DNA of 64,000 nt. Source: Eledone cirrhosa (lineage: Eukaryota). Below the pieces are notes generated by a model. That model saw only the letters and a list, made by a program, of their open reading frames with translations. It was not told where the DNA came from and ran no database searches. This document shows, piece after piece, positions 14,562 to 27,900 of this stretch. The DNA lies in NCBI GenBank assembly GCA_964016885.1, contig OZ024740.1, positions 6,510,001-6,574,000 on the forward strand. Direction: 5' to 3'. The first letter of the stretch is position 1, and each line of letters begins with the position of its first letter. A program made the position numbers and the translations under genes.

Positions 14562-14998
14562 AAAAACCACATTAGCTAAAACTTATACAACCCCAAAACC
14601 ACATTAGCTAAAACTTATACAACCACAAAACCACATTAGCTAAAACTTATACAACTGCAAAACCACAGTAGCTAAAACTTATACAACTGCAAAACCACAG
14701 TAGCTAAAACTTATACAACCCCAAAACCACATTAGCTAAAACTTATACAACCACAAAACCGCATTAGCTAAAACTTATACAACCACAAAACCACATTAGC
14801 TAAAACTTATACAACTGCAAAACCACAGTAGCTAAAACTTATACAACTGCAAAACCACAGTAGCTAAAACTTATACAACCCCAAAACCACATTAGCTAAA
14901 ACTTATACAACTGCAAAACCACATTAGCTAAAACTTATACAACCACAAAACCACATTAGCTAAAACTTATACAACCCCAAAACTACATTAGCTAAAAA
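14562..14998 (+). repeat. 32-bp minisatellite B (AAAACCACATTAGCTAAAACTTATACAACCCC), about 13 copies
   Basis: Period 32 (acttatac at 14581 and 14613), built of two 16-bp subunits. Confidence 0.92.
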
Positions 14999-15170
14999 TT
15001 CAACTTATTCAAAGGTTACATTTGCTAAAAACTCTCACAAGCTGAAAATGGCACTAGCTAAAAATCATAAGAGCCCAAAATCTCATTAGCTAAAAATCAT
15101 ACTCCCCCAAACCACATTAGCTAAACACCACACTAGTTAAAACTCCAGCACAAAATCACGCGAGCTAGAC

Positions 15171-15366
15171 ATCATCATTGTTTCTACTTTAGGCACAAGA
15201 CCAGCAATTACCCCTTGCGTTACTGGTACTTTATTTCATCGACCCCGTAAGGATGAAAGGCAAAGTCAACCTCGGCGGGATTTGAACTCAGATTGTAAAG
15301 GGACGTAACTATGCTGGAAAACATGGCGTCCGACCTTCTACCGATACTGCCAATCCACCACCCTAG
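15171..15366 (-). mobile_element. SINE family A, full-length copy
   Basis: Reverse complement begins ctagggtggtggattggcagtatcggtagaaggtcggacgccatg, then B box gagttcaaatccc, the family core and the tail. Confidence 0.9.
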
Positions 15367-15690
15367 ACATCATAATGCTCCAAAGTCAGTCTAATTTTAA
15401 CTTGCATTTGTTAAAAAAAAGATGGCACTTGCTAAAAGCTGTACTAACTAATAAAAACAAACAAACCAGCTAAAAAGTACACTGGACATGTTAAAAATAA
15501 CACAAGCCTAAAATTTTGTGCATTAAAAATCACACTTACTAAAAATTGAAAGAATCAATTGAGCTAAAAATGGTTCTAATTAAAAATAACAAAAGTCGGA
15601 GCAAAGATAAGATTATATATACCTCTGGAGATTGAATGTGCCGTAGCTTGTATTCAACATTTATTGTGATCAACAATTATCATTATGATT

Positions 15691-15899
15691 AGAGCAGTAG
15701 TTTGGCAGCATTGGTAAGATGTTGGACAACATGTTATGTGGCACAGAGTTACGGCCCTTTAAGGTATGAGTTCAGATCCCACCGAGGTTAACTTTGCCTT
15801 TCATCCTTACAGGGTCAATAAAATAAAGCACCAGAAATGTACTAGGGTTGGTTTAATCAACTTTCCCCTCCTTGTGCCGAGATGAGAAACCATTATTAT
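15691..15899 (+). mobile_element. SINE family A, diverged full-length copy directly upstream of the satellite
   Basis: ttggcagcattggtaagatgttggacaacatg...gagttcagatccc...actttgcctttcatcc...cttgtgcc...gaaaccattattatg. Confidence 0.85.
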
Positions 15900-15901
15900 G
15901 G

Positions 15902-18900
15902 TTAGGGTGCTGGGTTGGTAGTATAGGTCAAGGGTCTGACACCATGTTAGGTGGTGGACTGGCAGTATTGGTAGAGGGTCTGACACCATGTTAGGTGGTG
16001 GATTGGCAGTATTGGTAGAGGGTCTGACAACATGCTAGGGTGGTGGATTGGTAGTATTGGTAGAGGGTCTGACACCATGTTAGTGGGGTGGATTGGCAGT
16101 ATTGGTAGAGGGTGTGACACCATGGTAGGGTGGTGGATTGGCAGTATTGGTAGAGGGTCTGACACCATGTTAGGTGGTGGTTGGTAGTATTGGTAGAGGG
16201 TCTGACACCATGTTAGGGTGGAGGATTGCCAGTATTGGTAGAGGGTCTGACACCATGGTAGGGTGGTGGATTGGCAGTATTGGTAGAGGGTCTGACACCA
16301 TGGTAGGTGGTGGATTGGCAGTATTGGTAGAGGGTCTGACACAATACTAGGGTGGTGGATTGGCAGTATTGGTAGAGGGTCTGACACCATGGTAGGGTGG
16401 TGGATTGGCAGTATTGGTAGAGGGTCTGATGCCATGTTAGGTGGTGGATTGGCAGTATTGGTAGAGGGTCTGACACCATGTTAGGTGGTGGATTGGTAGT
16501 ATTGGTAGAGGGTCTGACACCATGTTAGGGTGGTGGATTGGCAGTATTGGTAGAGGGTCTGACACCATGGTAGGGTGGTGGATTGGCAGTATAGGTAGAA
16601 GGTCTGACACCATGTTAGGTGGTGGATTGGTAGTATTGGTAGAGGGTCTGACACCATGGTAGGGTGGTGGATTGGCAGTATAGGTAGAAGGTCTGACACC
16701 ATGTTAGGTGGTGGATTGGCAGTATTGGTAGAGATTCTGACACAATGCTAGGGTGGTGGATTGGCAGTATTGGTAGAGGGTCTGACACCATGTTAGGTGG
16801 TGGATTGGCAGTATTGGTAGAGGGTCTGACACAATGCTAGGGTGGCGGATTGGCAGTATTGGTAGAGGGTCTGACACCATGTTAGGGTGGTGGATTGGCA
16901 ATATTGGTAGAGGGTCTGACACCATGGTAGGTGGTGGATTGGCAGTATTGGTAGAGGGTCTGACACAATACTAGGGTGGTGGATTGGCAGTATTGGTAGA
17001 GGGTCTGACACCATGGTAGGGTGGTGGATTGGCAGTATTGGTAGAGGGTCTGATGCCATGTTAGGTGGTGGATTGGCAGTATTGGTAGAGGGTCTGATGC
17101 CATGTTAGGTGGTGGATTGGTAGTATTGGTAGAGGGTCTGACACCATGTTAGGGTGGTGGATTGGCAGTATTGGTAGAGGGTCTGACACCATGGTAGGGT
17201 GGTGGATTGGCAGTATAGGTAGAAGGTCTGACACCATGTTAGGTGGTGGATTGGTAGTATTGGTAGAGGGTCTGACACCATGGTAGGGTGGTGGATTGGC
17301 AGTATAGGTAGAAGGTCTGACACCATGTTAGGTGGTGGATTGGCAGTATTGGTAGAGGGTCTGACACAATGCTAGGGTGGTGGATTGGCAGTATTGGTAG
17401 AGGGTCTGACACCATGTTAGGTGGTGGATTGGCAGTATAGGTAGAGGGTCTGACACAATGCTAGGGTGGCGGATTGGCAGTATTGGTAGAGGGTCTGACA
17501 CCATGTTAGGGTGGTGGATTGGCAGTATTGGTAGAGGGTCTGACACCATGTTAGGGTGGTGGATTGGAAGTATTGGTAGAGTGTCTGACACCATGTTAGG
17601 TGGTGGATTGGTAGTATTGGTAGAGGGTCTGACACCATGTTAGGTGGTGGATTGGCAGTATTGGTAGAGATTCTGACACAATGCTAGGGTGGTGGATTGG
17701 CAGTATTGGTAGAGGGTCTGACACCATGTTAGGTGGTGGATAGGCAGTATTGGTAGAGAGTCTGACACAATGCTAGGGTGGCGGATTGGCAGTATTGGTA
17801 GAGGGTCTGACACCATGTTAGGGTGGTGGATTGCAGTATTGGTAGAGGGTCTGACACCATGTTAGGGTGGTGGATTGGTAGTATTGGTAGAGTGTCTGAC
17901 ACCATGTTAGGTGGTGGATTGGTAGTATTGGTAGAGGGTCTGACACCATGTTAGGTGGTGGATTGGCAGTATTGGTAGAGATTCTGACACAATGCTAGGG
18001 TGGTGGATTGGCAGTATTGGTAGAGGGTCTGACACCATGGTAGGTGGTGGATTGGCAGTATTGGTAGAGGGTCTGACACCATGGTAGGTGGTGGATTGGC
18101 AGTATTGGTAGAGGGTCTGACACCATGGTAGGGTGGTGGATTGGCAGTATTGGTAGAGGGTCTGATGCCATGTTAGGTGGTGGATTGGCAGTATTGGTAG
18201 AGGGTCTGATGCCATGTTAGGTGGTGGATTGGTAGTATTGGTAGAGGGTCTGACACCATGTTAGGGTGGTGGATTGGCAGTATTGGTAGAGGGTCTGACA
18301 CCATGGTAGGGTGGTGGATTGGCAGTATTGGTAGAGGGTCTGATGCCATGTTAGGTGGTGGATTGGCAGTATTGGTAGAGGGTCTGATGCCATGTTAGGT
18401 GGTGGATTGGTAGTATTGGTAGAGGGTCTGACACCATGTTAGGTGGTGGATTGGCAGTATTGGTAGAGGGTCTGACACCATGGTAGGGTGGTGGATTGGC
18501 AGTATAGGTAGAAGGTCTGACACCATGTTAGGTGGTGGATTGGTAGTATTGGTAGAGGGTCTGACACCATGGTAGGGTGGTGGATTCGTAGTATAGGTAG
18601 AAGGTCTGACAACATGTTAGGTGGTGGATTGGCAGTATTGGTAGAGATTCTGACACAATGCTAGGGTGGTGCATTGGCAGTATTGGTAGAGGGTCTGACA
18701 CCATGTTAGGGTGGTCGATTGGCAGTATTGGTAGAGGGTCTGACACCATGTTAGGGTGGCGGATTGGCAGTATTGGTAGAGGGTCTGAAACCATGTCAGG
18801 TGGTGGATTGACAGTATTGGTAGAGGGTCTGACACAATGCTAGGGTGGCGGATTGGCAGTATTGGTAGAGAGTCTGACACCATGTTAGGGTGGTGGATTG

Positions 18901-21900
18901 GCAGTATTGGTAGAGGGTCTGACACCATGTTAGGGTGGTGGATTGCTAGTATTGGTAGAGTGTCTGACACCATGTTAGGTGGTGGATTGGTAGTATTGGT
19001 AGAGGGTCTGACACCATGTTAGGTGGTGGATTGGCAGTATTGGTAGAGATTCTGACACAATGCTAGGGTGGTGGATTGGCAGTATTAGTAGAGGGTCTGA
19101 CACCATGTTAGGTGGTGGATTGGCAGTATTGGTAGAGGGTCTGACACAATGCTAGGGTGGCGGATTGGCAGTATTGGTAGAGGGTCTGACACCATGTTAG
19201 GGTGGTGGATTGGCAGTATTGATAGAGGGTCTGACACCATGTTAGGGTGGTGGATTGGTAGTATTGGTAGAGTGTCTGACACCATGTTAGGTGGTGGATT
19301 GGTAGTATTGGTAGAGGGTCTGACACCATGTTAGGTGGTGGATTGGCAGTATTGGTAGAGATTCTGACTCAATGCTAGGGTGGTGGATTGGCAGTATTGG
19401 TAGAGGGTCTGACACCATGTTAGGGTGGTCGATTGGCAGTATTGGTAGAGGGTCTGACACAATGCTAGGGTGGTAGATTGGCAGTATTGGTAGAGGGTCT
19501 GATGCCATGTTAGGGTGGAGGATTGGCAGTATTGGTAGAGGGTCTGACACCATGTTAGGGTGGTCGATTGGCAGTATTGGTAGAGGGTCTGACACAATGC
19601 TAGGGTGGTAGATTGGCAGTATTGGTAGAGGGTCTGACACCATGTTAGGGTGGAGGATTGGCAGTATTGGTAGAGGGTCTGATGCCATGTTAGGGTGGAG
19701 GATTGGTAGTATTGGTAGAGGGTCTGACACCATGTTAGGTGGTGGATTGGCAGTATTGGTAGAGGGTCTGACACCATGGTAGGGTGGTGGATTGGCAGTA
19801 TTGGTAGAAGGTCTGACACCATATTAGGTGGTGGATTGGTAGTGATGGTAGAGGGTCTGACATCATGGTAGGTGGTGGATTGGCAGTATAGGTAGAGGGT
19901 CTGCCACCATGCCAGGTGGTGGATTGGCAGTATTGGTAGAGGGTCTGACACAATGCTAGGGTTGCGGATTGGCAGTATTGGTAGAGGGTCTGACACAATA
20001 CTAGGGTGGTGGATTGGCAGTATTGGTAGAGGGTCTGACACCATGTTAGGGTGGTGGATTGGTAGTATTGGTAGTGTCTGACGCCATGTTAGGTGGTGGA
20101 TTGGTAGTATTGGTAGAGGGTCTGACACCATGTTAGGTGGTGGATTGGCAGTATTGGTAGAGATTCTGACACAATGCTAGGGTGGTGGATTGGTAGTATT
20201 GGTAGAGGGTCTGACAACATGTTAGGGTGGCGGATTGGCAGTATTGTTAGAGGGTCTGACACCATGTTAGGGTGGTGGATTGGTAGTATTGGTAGTGTCT
20301 GACGCCATGTTAGGTGGTGGATTGGTAGTATTGGTAGAGGGTCTGACACCATGTTAGGTGGTGGATTGGCAGTATTGGTAGAGGGTCTGACACCATGTTA
20401 GGGTGGTGGATTGGCAGTATTGGTAGAGGGTCTGACAACATGTTAGGGTGGCGGATTGGCAGTATTGTTAGAGGGTCTGACACCATGTTAGGGTGGTAGA
20501 TTGGCAGTATTGGTAGGGGGTCTGACACCATGTTAGGGTGGTGGATTGGCAGTATAGGTAGAGGGTCTGACACCATGGTAGGGTGGTGGATTGGCAGTAT
20601 AGGTAGAAGGTCTGACACCATGTTAGGTGGTGGATAGGTAGTATTGGTAGAGGGTCTGACACCATGATAGGGTGGTGGATTGGCAGTATAGGTAGAAGGT
20701 CTGACACCATGTTAGGTGGTGGATAGGTAGTATTGGTAGAGGGACTGACACCATGGTAGGGTGGTGGATTGGCAGTATTGGTAGAGGGTCTGACACCATG
20801 TCAGGTGGTGGATTGGCAGTATTGGTAGAGGGTCTGACACAATGCTAGGGTGGCGGATTGGCAGTATTGGTAGAGGGTCAGACGCCATGGGTGGTGGATT
20901 GGCATTATTGGTAGAGGGTCTGACACCATGCTAGGGTGGTGGATTGGCAGTATAGGTAGAGGGTCTGACACCATGTTAGGGTGGTGGATTTGTATTATTG
21001 GTAGAGGGTCTGACACCATGGTAGGTGGTGGATTGGTTGTATTGGTAGAGGGTCTGACACCATGTTAGGTGGTGGATTGGTAGTATTGGTAGAGGGTCTG
21101 ACACCATGGTAGGTGGTGGATTGGTAGTATTGGTAGAGGGTCTGACACCATGTTAGGTGGTGGATTGGTAGTATTGGTAGAGGGTCTGACACCATGTTAG
21201 GGGGGTGGATTGGCAGTATTGGGAGAGGGTCTGACACCATGGTAGGGTGGTGGATTGGCAGTATTGGTAGAGGGTCTGACACCATGTTAGGTGGTGGATT
21301 GGTAGTATTGGTAGAGGGTCTGACACCATGTTAGGGTGAAGGATTGGCAGTATAGGTAGAAGGTCTGACACCATGTTAGGTGGTGGATTGGCAGTATTGG
21401 TAGAGGGTCTAACACAATACTAGGGTGGTGGATTGGCAGTATTGGTAAAGGGTCTGACACCATGTTAGGGTGGTGGATTGGCAGTATAGGTAGAAGGTCT
21501 GACACCATGTTAGGTGGTGGATTGGTAGTATTGGTAGAGGGTCTGACACCATGCTAGGTGGTGGATTGGCAGTATAGGTAGAGGGTCTGACACCATGTCA
21601 GGTGGTGGATTGGCAGTATTGGTAGAGGGTCTGACACAATGCTGGGGTGGCGGATTGGCAATATTGGTAGAGTGTCTGACACAATGCTAGGGTGGCGGAT
21701 TGGCAGTATTGGTAGAGGGTCTGACACCATGTTAGGGTGGTGGATTGGCAGTATTGGTAGAGGGTCTGACACAATGCTGGGGTGGTGGATTGGTAGTATT
21801 GGTAGAGTGTCTGACACCATGTTAGGTGGTGGATTGGTAGTATTGGTAGAGGGTCTGACACCATGTTAGGTGGTGCATTGGCAGTATTGGTAGAGATTCT

Positions 21901-24900
21901 GACACAATGCTAGGGTGGTGGATTGGCAGTATTGGTAGAGGGTCTGACACCATGTTAGGGTGGTGGATTGGCAGTACTGGTAGAGGGTCTGACACCATGT
22001 TACGGTGGCGGATTGGCAGTATTGGTAGAGGGTCTGAGACCATGTTAGGGTGGTGGATTGGTAGTATAGGTAGAGGGTCTGACACCATCCTAGGGTGGTG
22101 GATTTGCAGTATAGGTAGAGGGTCTGACACCATGTTAGGGTGGTGGATTGGCAGTATTGGTAGAGGGTCTGACACCATGCTAGGTGGTGGATTGGTAGTA
22201 TTGGTACAGGGTCTGACACCATGTTAGGTGGTGAATTGGCAGATTAGGTAGAGGGTCTGACACCATGTTAGGGTGGTGGATTTTTAGTATAGGTAGAGGG
22301 TCTGACACCATCGTAGGTGGTGGATTGGTAGTATTGGTAGAGGCTCTGACGCCATGTTAGGTGGTGCATTGATAGTATTGGTAGAGTGTCTGACACCATG
22401 TTACGTGGTGGATTGGCAGTATTAGTAGAGGGTGTGACACAATGCTAGGGTGGTGGATTGGCAGTATTGTTAGAGGGGCTGACACCATGTTAGGTGGAGG
22501 ATTGGCAGTATTGTTAGAGGGTCTGACACAATGCTAGGGTTGTGGATTGGCAGTATTGGTAGAGGGTCTGACACCATGTTAGGTGGTGGATTGGCAGTAT
22601 TGGTAGAGGGTCTGATGCCATGTTAGGTGGTGGATTGGCATTATTGGTAGAGGGTCTGATGCCATGTTAGGTGGTGGATTAGTAGTATTGGTAGAGGGTC
22701 TGACACCATGTTAGGTGGTGGATTGGTAGTATTGGTAGAGGGTCTGACACCATGGTAGGTGGTGGATTGGTAGTATTGGTAGAGGGTCTGACACCATGTT
22801 AGGTGGTGGATTGGTAGTATTGGTAGAGGGTCTGACACCATGTTAGGGGGGTGGATTGGCAGTATTGGTAGAGGGTCTGACACCATGGTAGGGTGGTGGA
22901 TTGGCAGTATTGGTAGAGGGTCTGACACCATGTTAGGTGGTGGATTGGTAGTATTGGTAGAGGGTCTGACACCATGTTAGGGGGGTGGATTGGCAGTATT
23001 GGTAGAGGGTCTGACACCATGGTAGGGTGGTGGATTGGCAGTATTGGTAGAGGGTCTGACACCATGTTAGGGTGGAGGATTGGCAGTATTGGTAGAGGGC
23101 CTGACACCATGTTAGGGTGGTGGATTGGCAGTATTGGTAGAGGGTCTGACACCATGTTAGGGTGGCGGATTGGCAGTATTGGTAGAGGGTCTGACACCAT
23201 GTTAGGCTGGTGGATTGGTAGTATAGGTAGAGGGTCTGACACCATCCTGGGGTGGTGGATTTGCAGTATTGGTAGAGGGTCTGACACCATGTTAGGGTGG
23301 TGGATTGGCAGTATTGGTAGAGGGTCTGACACTATGCTAGGTGCTGGATTGGTAGTATTGGTACAGGGTCTGACACCATGTTAGGTGGTGAATTGGCAGT
23401 ATTGGTAGAGGGTCTGACACCATGGTAGGGTGGTGGATTGGCAGTATTGGTAGAGGGTCTGACACCATGTTAGGGTGGTGGATTGGTAGTATAGGTAGAG
23501 GGTCTGACACCATGGTAGGGTGTTGCATTGGCAGTATTTGTATAGGGTCTGACACCATGTTAGGGTGGTGGATTGGTAGTATAGGTAGAGGGTCTGACAC
23601 CATGGTAGGGTGGTGGATTGGCAGTATTGGTAGAGGGTCTGACACCATGGTAGGGTGGTGGATGGGCAGTATTGGTAGAGGGTCTGACACCATGGTAGGG
23701 TGGTGGATGGGTAGTATTGGTAGAGGGTCTGACACCATGTTAGGGTGGTGGATTGGCAGTATTGGTAGAGGGTCTGACACCATGGTAGGTGGTGGATTGG
23801 CAGTATTGGTAGAGGGTCTGAGACCATGGTAGGGTGGTGGATTGGCAGTATTGGTAGAGGGTCTGACACCATGTTAGAGTGGTGGATTGGTAGTATAGGT
23901 AGAGGGTCTGACACAATGCTAGGGTGGTAGATTGCCAGTATTGTTAGAGGTTCTGACACCATGTTAGGGTGGTGGATTGGTAGTATAGGTAGAGGGTCTG
24001 ACACCATGTTAGGTGGTGGATTGGCAGTATTGGTAGAGGGTCTGACACAATACTAGGGTGGTGGATTGGCAGTATTGGTAAAGGGTCTGACACCATGTTA
24101 GGGTGGTGGATTGGCAGTATAGGTAGAAGGTCTGACACCATGTTAGGTGGTGGATTGGTAGTATTGGTAGAGGGTCTGACACCATGTTAGGGTGGTGGAT
24201 TGGCAGTATTGGTAGAGGGTCTGACACCATGGTAGGGTGGTGGATTGGCAGTATTGGTAGAGGGTCTGACACCATGTTAGGTGGTGTATCGGTAGTATTG
24301 GTAGAGGGTCTGACACCATGTTAGGGTGGTGGATTGGCAGTATTGGTAGAGGGTCTGACACCATGTTAGGGTGCCGGATTGGCAGTATTGGTAGAGGGTC
24401 TGACACCATGTTAGGGTGCCGGATTGGCAGTATTGGTAGAGGGTCTGACACCATGGTAGGGTGGTGGATTGGCAGTATTGGTAGAGGGTCTGACACCATG
24501 TTAGGTGGTGGATTGGTAGTATTGGTAGAGGGTCTGACACCATGTTAGGGTGGTGGATTGGTAGTATAGGTAGAGGATCTGACACCAAGCTAGGGTGGTG
24601 GATTGGCAGTATAGGTAGAGGGTCTGACACCATGTTAGGGGTGGATTGGTAGTATAGGTAGAGGGTTTGACACAATGCTAGGGTGGCGGATTGGCATTAT
24701 TGGTAGAGGGTCTGACACCATGTTAGGTGGTGGATTGGCAGTATTGGTAGAGGGTCTGACACAATGCTAGGGTGGCGGATTGGCAGTATTGGTAGAGAGT
24801 CTGACACCATGTTAGGGTGGCGGATTGGCAGTATTGGTAGAGGGTCTGACACCATGTTAGGTGGTAGATTGGCAGTATTGGTAGAGGGTCTGACACAATG

Positions 24901-27900
24901 CTAGGGTGGTGGATTGGCAGTATTGGTAAAGGGGCTGACACCATGTTAGGTGGTGGATTGGCAGTATTGGTAGAGGGTCTGACACAATGCTAGGGTGGTG
25001 GATTGGCAGTATTGTAGAGGGTCTGACACAATGCTAGGTTGGTGGATTGGCAGTATTGGTAGAGGCTCTGACACCATGTTAGGGTGGTGGATTGGTAGTA
25101 TTGGTAGAGGGTCTGACACCATGTTAGGTGGTGGATTTTTAGTATTGGTAGAGGGTCTGACACCATGTTAGGTGGTGGATTGGCAGTATTGGTAGAGGGT
25201 CTTACACAATGGTAGGGTGGTGGATTGGCAGTATTGGTAGAGTTTCTGACACCATGTTAGTGTGGTGGACTGGTAGTATAGGTAGAGGGTCTGACACCAT
25301 GTTAGGGTGGTGGATTGGCAGTATTGGTAGAGGGTCTGACACCATGTTAGGTGGTGGATTAGCAGTATTGGTAGAGGGTCTGACACCATGTTAGGTGGTG
25401 GATTAGCAGTATTGGTAGAGGGTCAGACGCCATAGGTGGTAGATTGGCAGTATTGGTAGAGGGTCTGACACCATGGTAGGTGGTGGATTGGCAGTATTGG
25501 TAGAGGGTCTGACACAATGCTAGGGTGGTGGATTGGCAGTATTGGTAGAGGGTCTGACAACATGTTAGGTGGTGGATTGGCAGTATTGGTAGAGGGTCAG
25601 ACGCCTTGGGTGGTGGATTGGGAGTATTGGTAGAGGGTCTGACACCATGTTAGGGTGGTGGATTGGCAGTATTGGTAAAGGGTCTGACACCGTGGTAGGG
25701 GTCGATTGGTAGTATAGCTAGAGGGTCTGACACCATGCTAGGGTGGTGGATTGGCAGTATTGGTAGAGGGTCTGACACCATGTTAGGGTGGTGGATTGGC
25801 AGTATTGGTAGTGGTTCTGATACCATGTTAGGGTGGCGGATTGGCAGAATTGGTAGAGGGTCTGACACCATGTTAGGGTGGTGGATTGGCAGTATTTGTA
25901 GATGGTCTGACACTGTGTTAGGGTGGTGGATTGGTAGTATTGGTAGAGTGTCTGACACCATGTTAGGGTGGTGGATTGGCAGTATAGGTAGAGGGTTTAC
26001 ACAATGCTAGGGTGGTGGATTGGCAGTATTAGTAGTGGTTCTGATACCATGTTAGGGTGGTGGATTGGCAGTATTGTTAGAGGGTCTGACACCATGCTAG
26101 GGTGGTGGATTGGCAGTATTGGTAGAGGGTCTGACACCATGTTAGGGTGGTGGATTGGCAGTAGTGGTAGAGGGTCTGACACCATGCTAGGTGGTGGATT
26201 GGTAGTATTGGTAGAGGGTCTGACACCATGTTAGGGTGGTGGAGTGGTAGTATAGGTAGAGGGTCTGACACCATCTTAGGTGGTGGATTGGTAGTATTGG
26301 TAGAGGGGCTGACACCATGTTAGGTGGTGGATTGGCAGTATTGGTAGAGGGTCTGACACCATGTTAGGGTGGTGAATTGGCAGTATTGGTAGAGGGTCTG
26401 ATACCATGTTAGGGTGGTGGATTGGCAGTATCGGTAGAGGGTCTGACACAATGCTAGGGTGGTGGATTGGCAGTATTGGTAGAGGGTCTGACACCATGTT
26501 AGGGTGGCGGATTGGCAATGTTGGTAGAGGGTCTGACACCATGTTAGGTGGTGGATTGGTAATGTTAGTAGAGGGTCTGAAACCATGTTAGGTGGTGGAT
26601 TGGTAGTATTGGTAGAGGGTCAGACGCCTTGGGTGGTGGATTGGGAGTATTGGTAGAGGGTCTGACACAATGTTAGGGTGGTGGATTGGCAGTATTGGTA
26701 AAGGGTCTGACACCGTGGTAGGGGTCGATTGGTAGTATAGCTAGAGGGTCTGACACCATGCTAGGATGGTGGATTGGCAGTATTGGTAGAGGGTCTGACA
26801 CCATGTTAGGTTGGTGGATTGGCAGTATTGGTAGTGGTTCTGATACCATGTTAGGGTGGCGGATTGGCAGAATTGGTAGAAGGTCTGACACCATGTTAGG
26901 GTGGTGGATTGGCAGTATTTGCAGATGGTCTGACACTGTGTTAGGGTGGTGGATTGGTAGTATTGGTAGAGTGTCTGACACCATGTTAGGGTGGTGGATT
27001 GGCAGTATAGGTAGAGGGTTGACACAATGCTAGGGTGGTGGATTGGCAGTATTGGTAGAGGGTCTGACAGCATGTTAGGGTGGTGGATTGGTAGTATTGG
27101 TAGAGGGTCTGACACCATGTTAGGTGGTGGATTGGTAGTATTGGTAGAGGGTCTGACACCATGTTAGGTGGTGGATTGGCAGTATTGGTAGAGGGTTTAC
27201 ACAATGCTAGGGTGGTGGATTGGCAGTATTGGTAGAGGGTCTGACAGCATGTTAGGGTGGTGGATTGGCAGTATTGGTAGAGGGTCTGACACCATGTTAG
27301 GGTGGTGGATTGGTAATATAGGTAGAGGTTCTGACACCATGGTAGGGTGGTGGATTGGCAATATTGGTAGAGGGTCTCACACCATGTTAGGGTGGTGGAT
27401 TGGCAGTATTGGTAGAGGGTCTGACACCATGTTAGGTGGTGGATTGGTAGTATTGGTAGAGGGTCTGACACCATGTTAGGTGGTGGATTGGCAGTATTGG
27501 TAGAGGGTTTACACAATGCTAGGGTGGTGGATTGGCAGTATTGGTAGAGGGTCTGACAGCATGTTAGGGTGGTGGATTGGCAGTATTGGTAGAGGATCTG
27601 ACACCATGTTAGGGTGGTGGATTGGTAATATAGGTAGAGGTTCTGACACCATGGTAGGGTGGTGGATTGGCAGTATCGGTAGAGGGTCTGACACAATGCT
27701 AGGGTGGTGGATTGGCAGTATTGGTAGAGGGTCTGACACCATGTTAGGATGGCGGATTGGCAGTATTGGTAGAGGGTCTGACACCATGTTAGGGTGGTGG
27801 ATTGGTAGTATAGGTAGAGTGTCTGACACCATGCTAGGGTGGTGGATTGGCAGTATAGGTAGAGGGTCTGACACCATGTTAGGGTGGTGGATTGGCAGTA

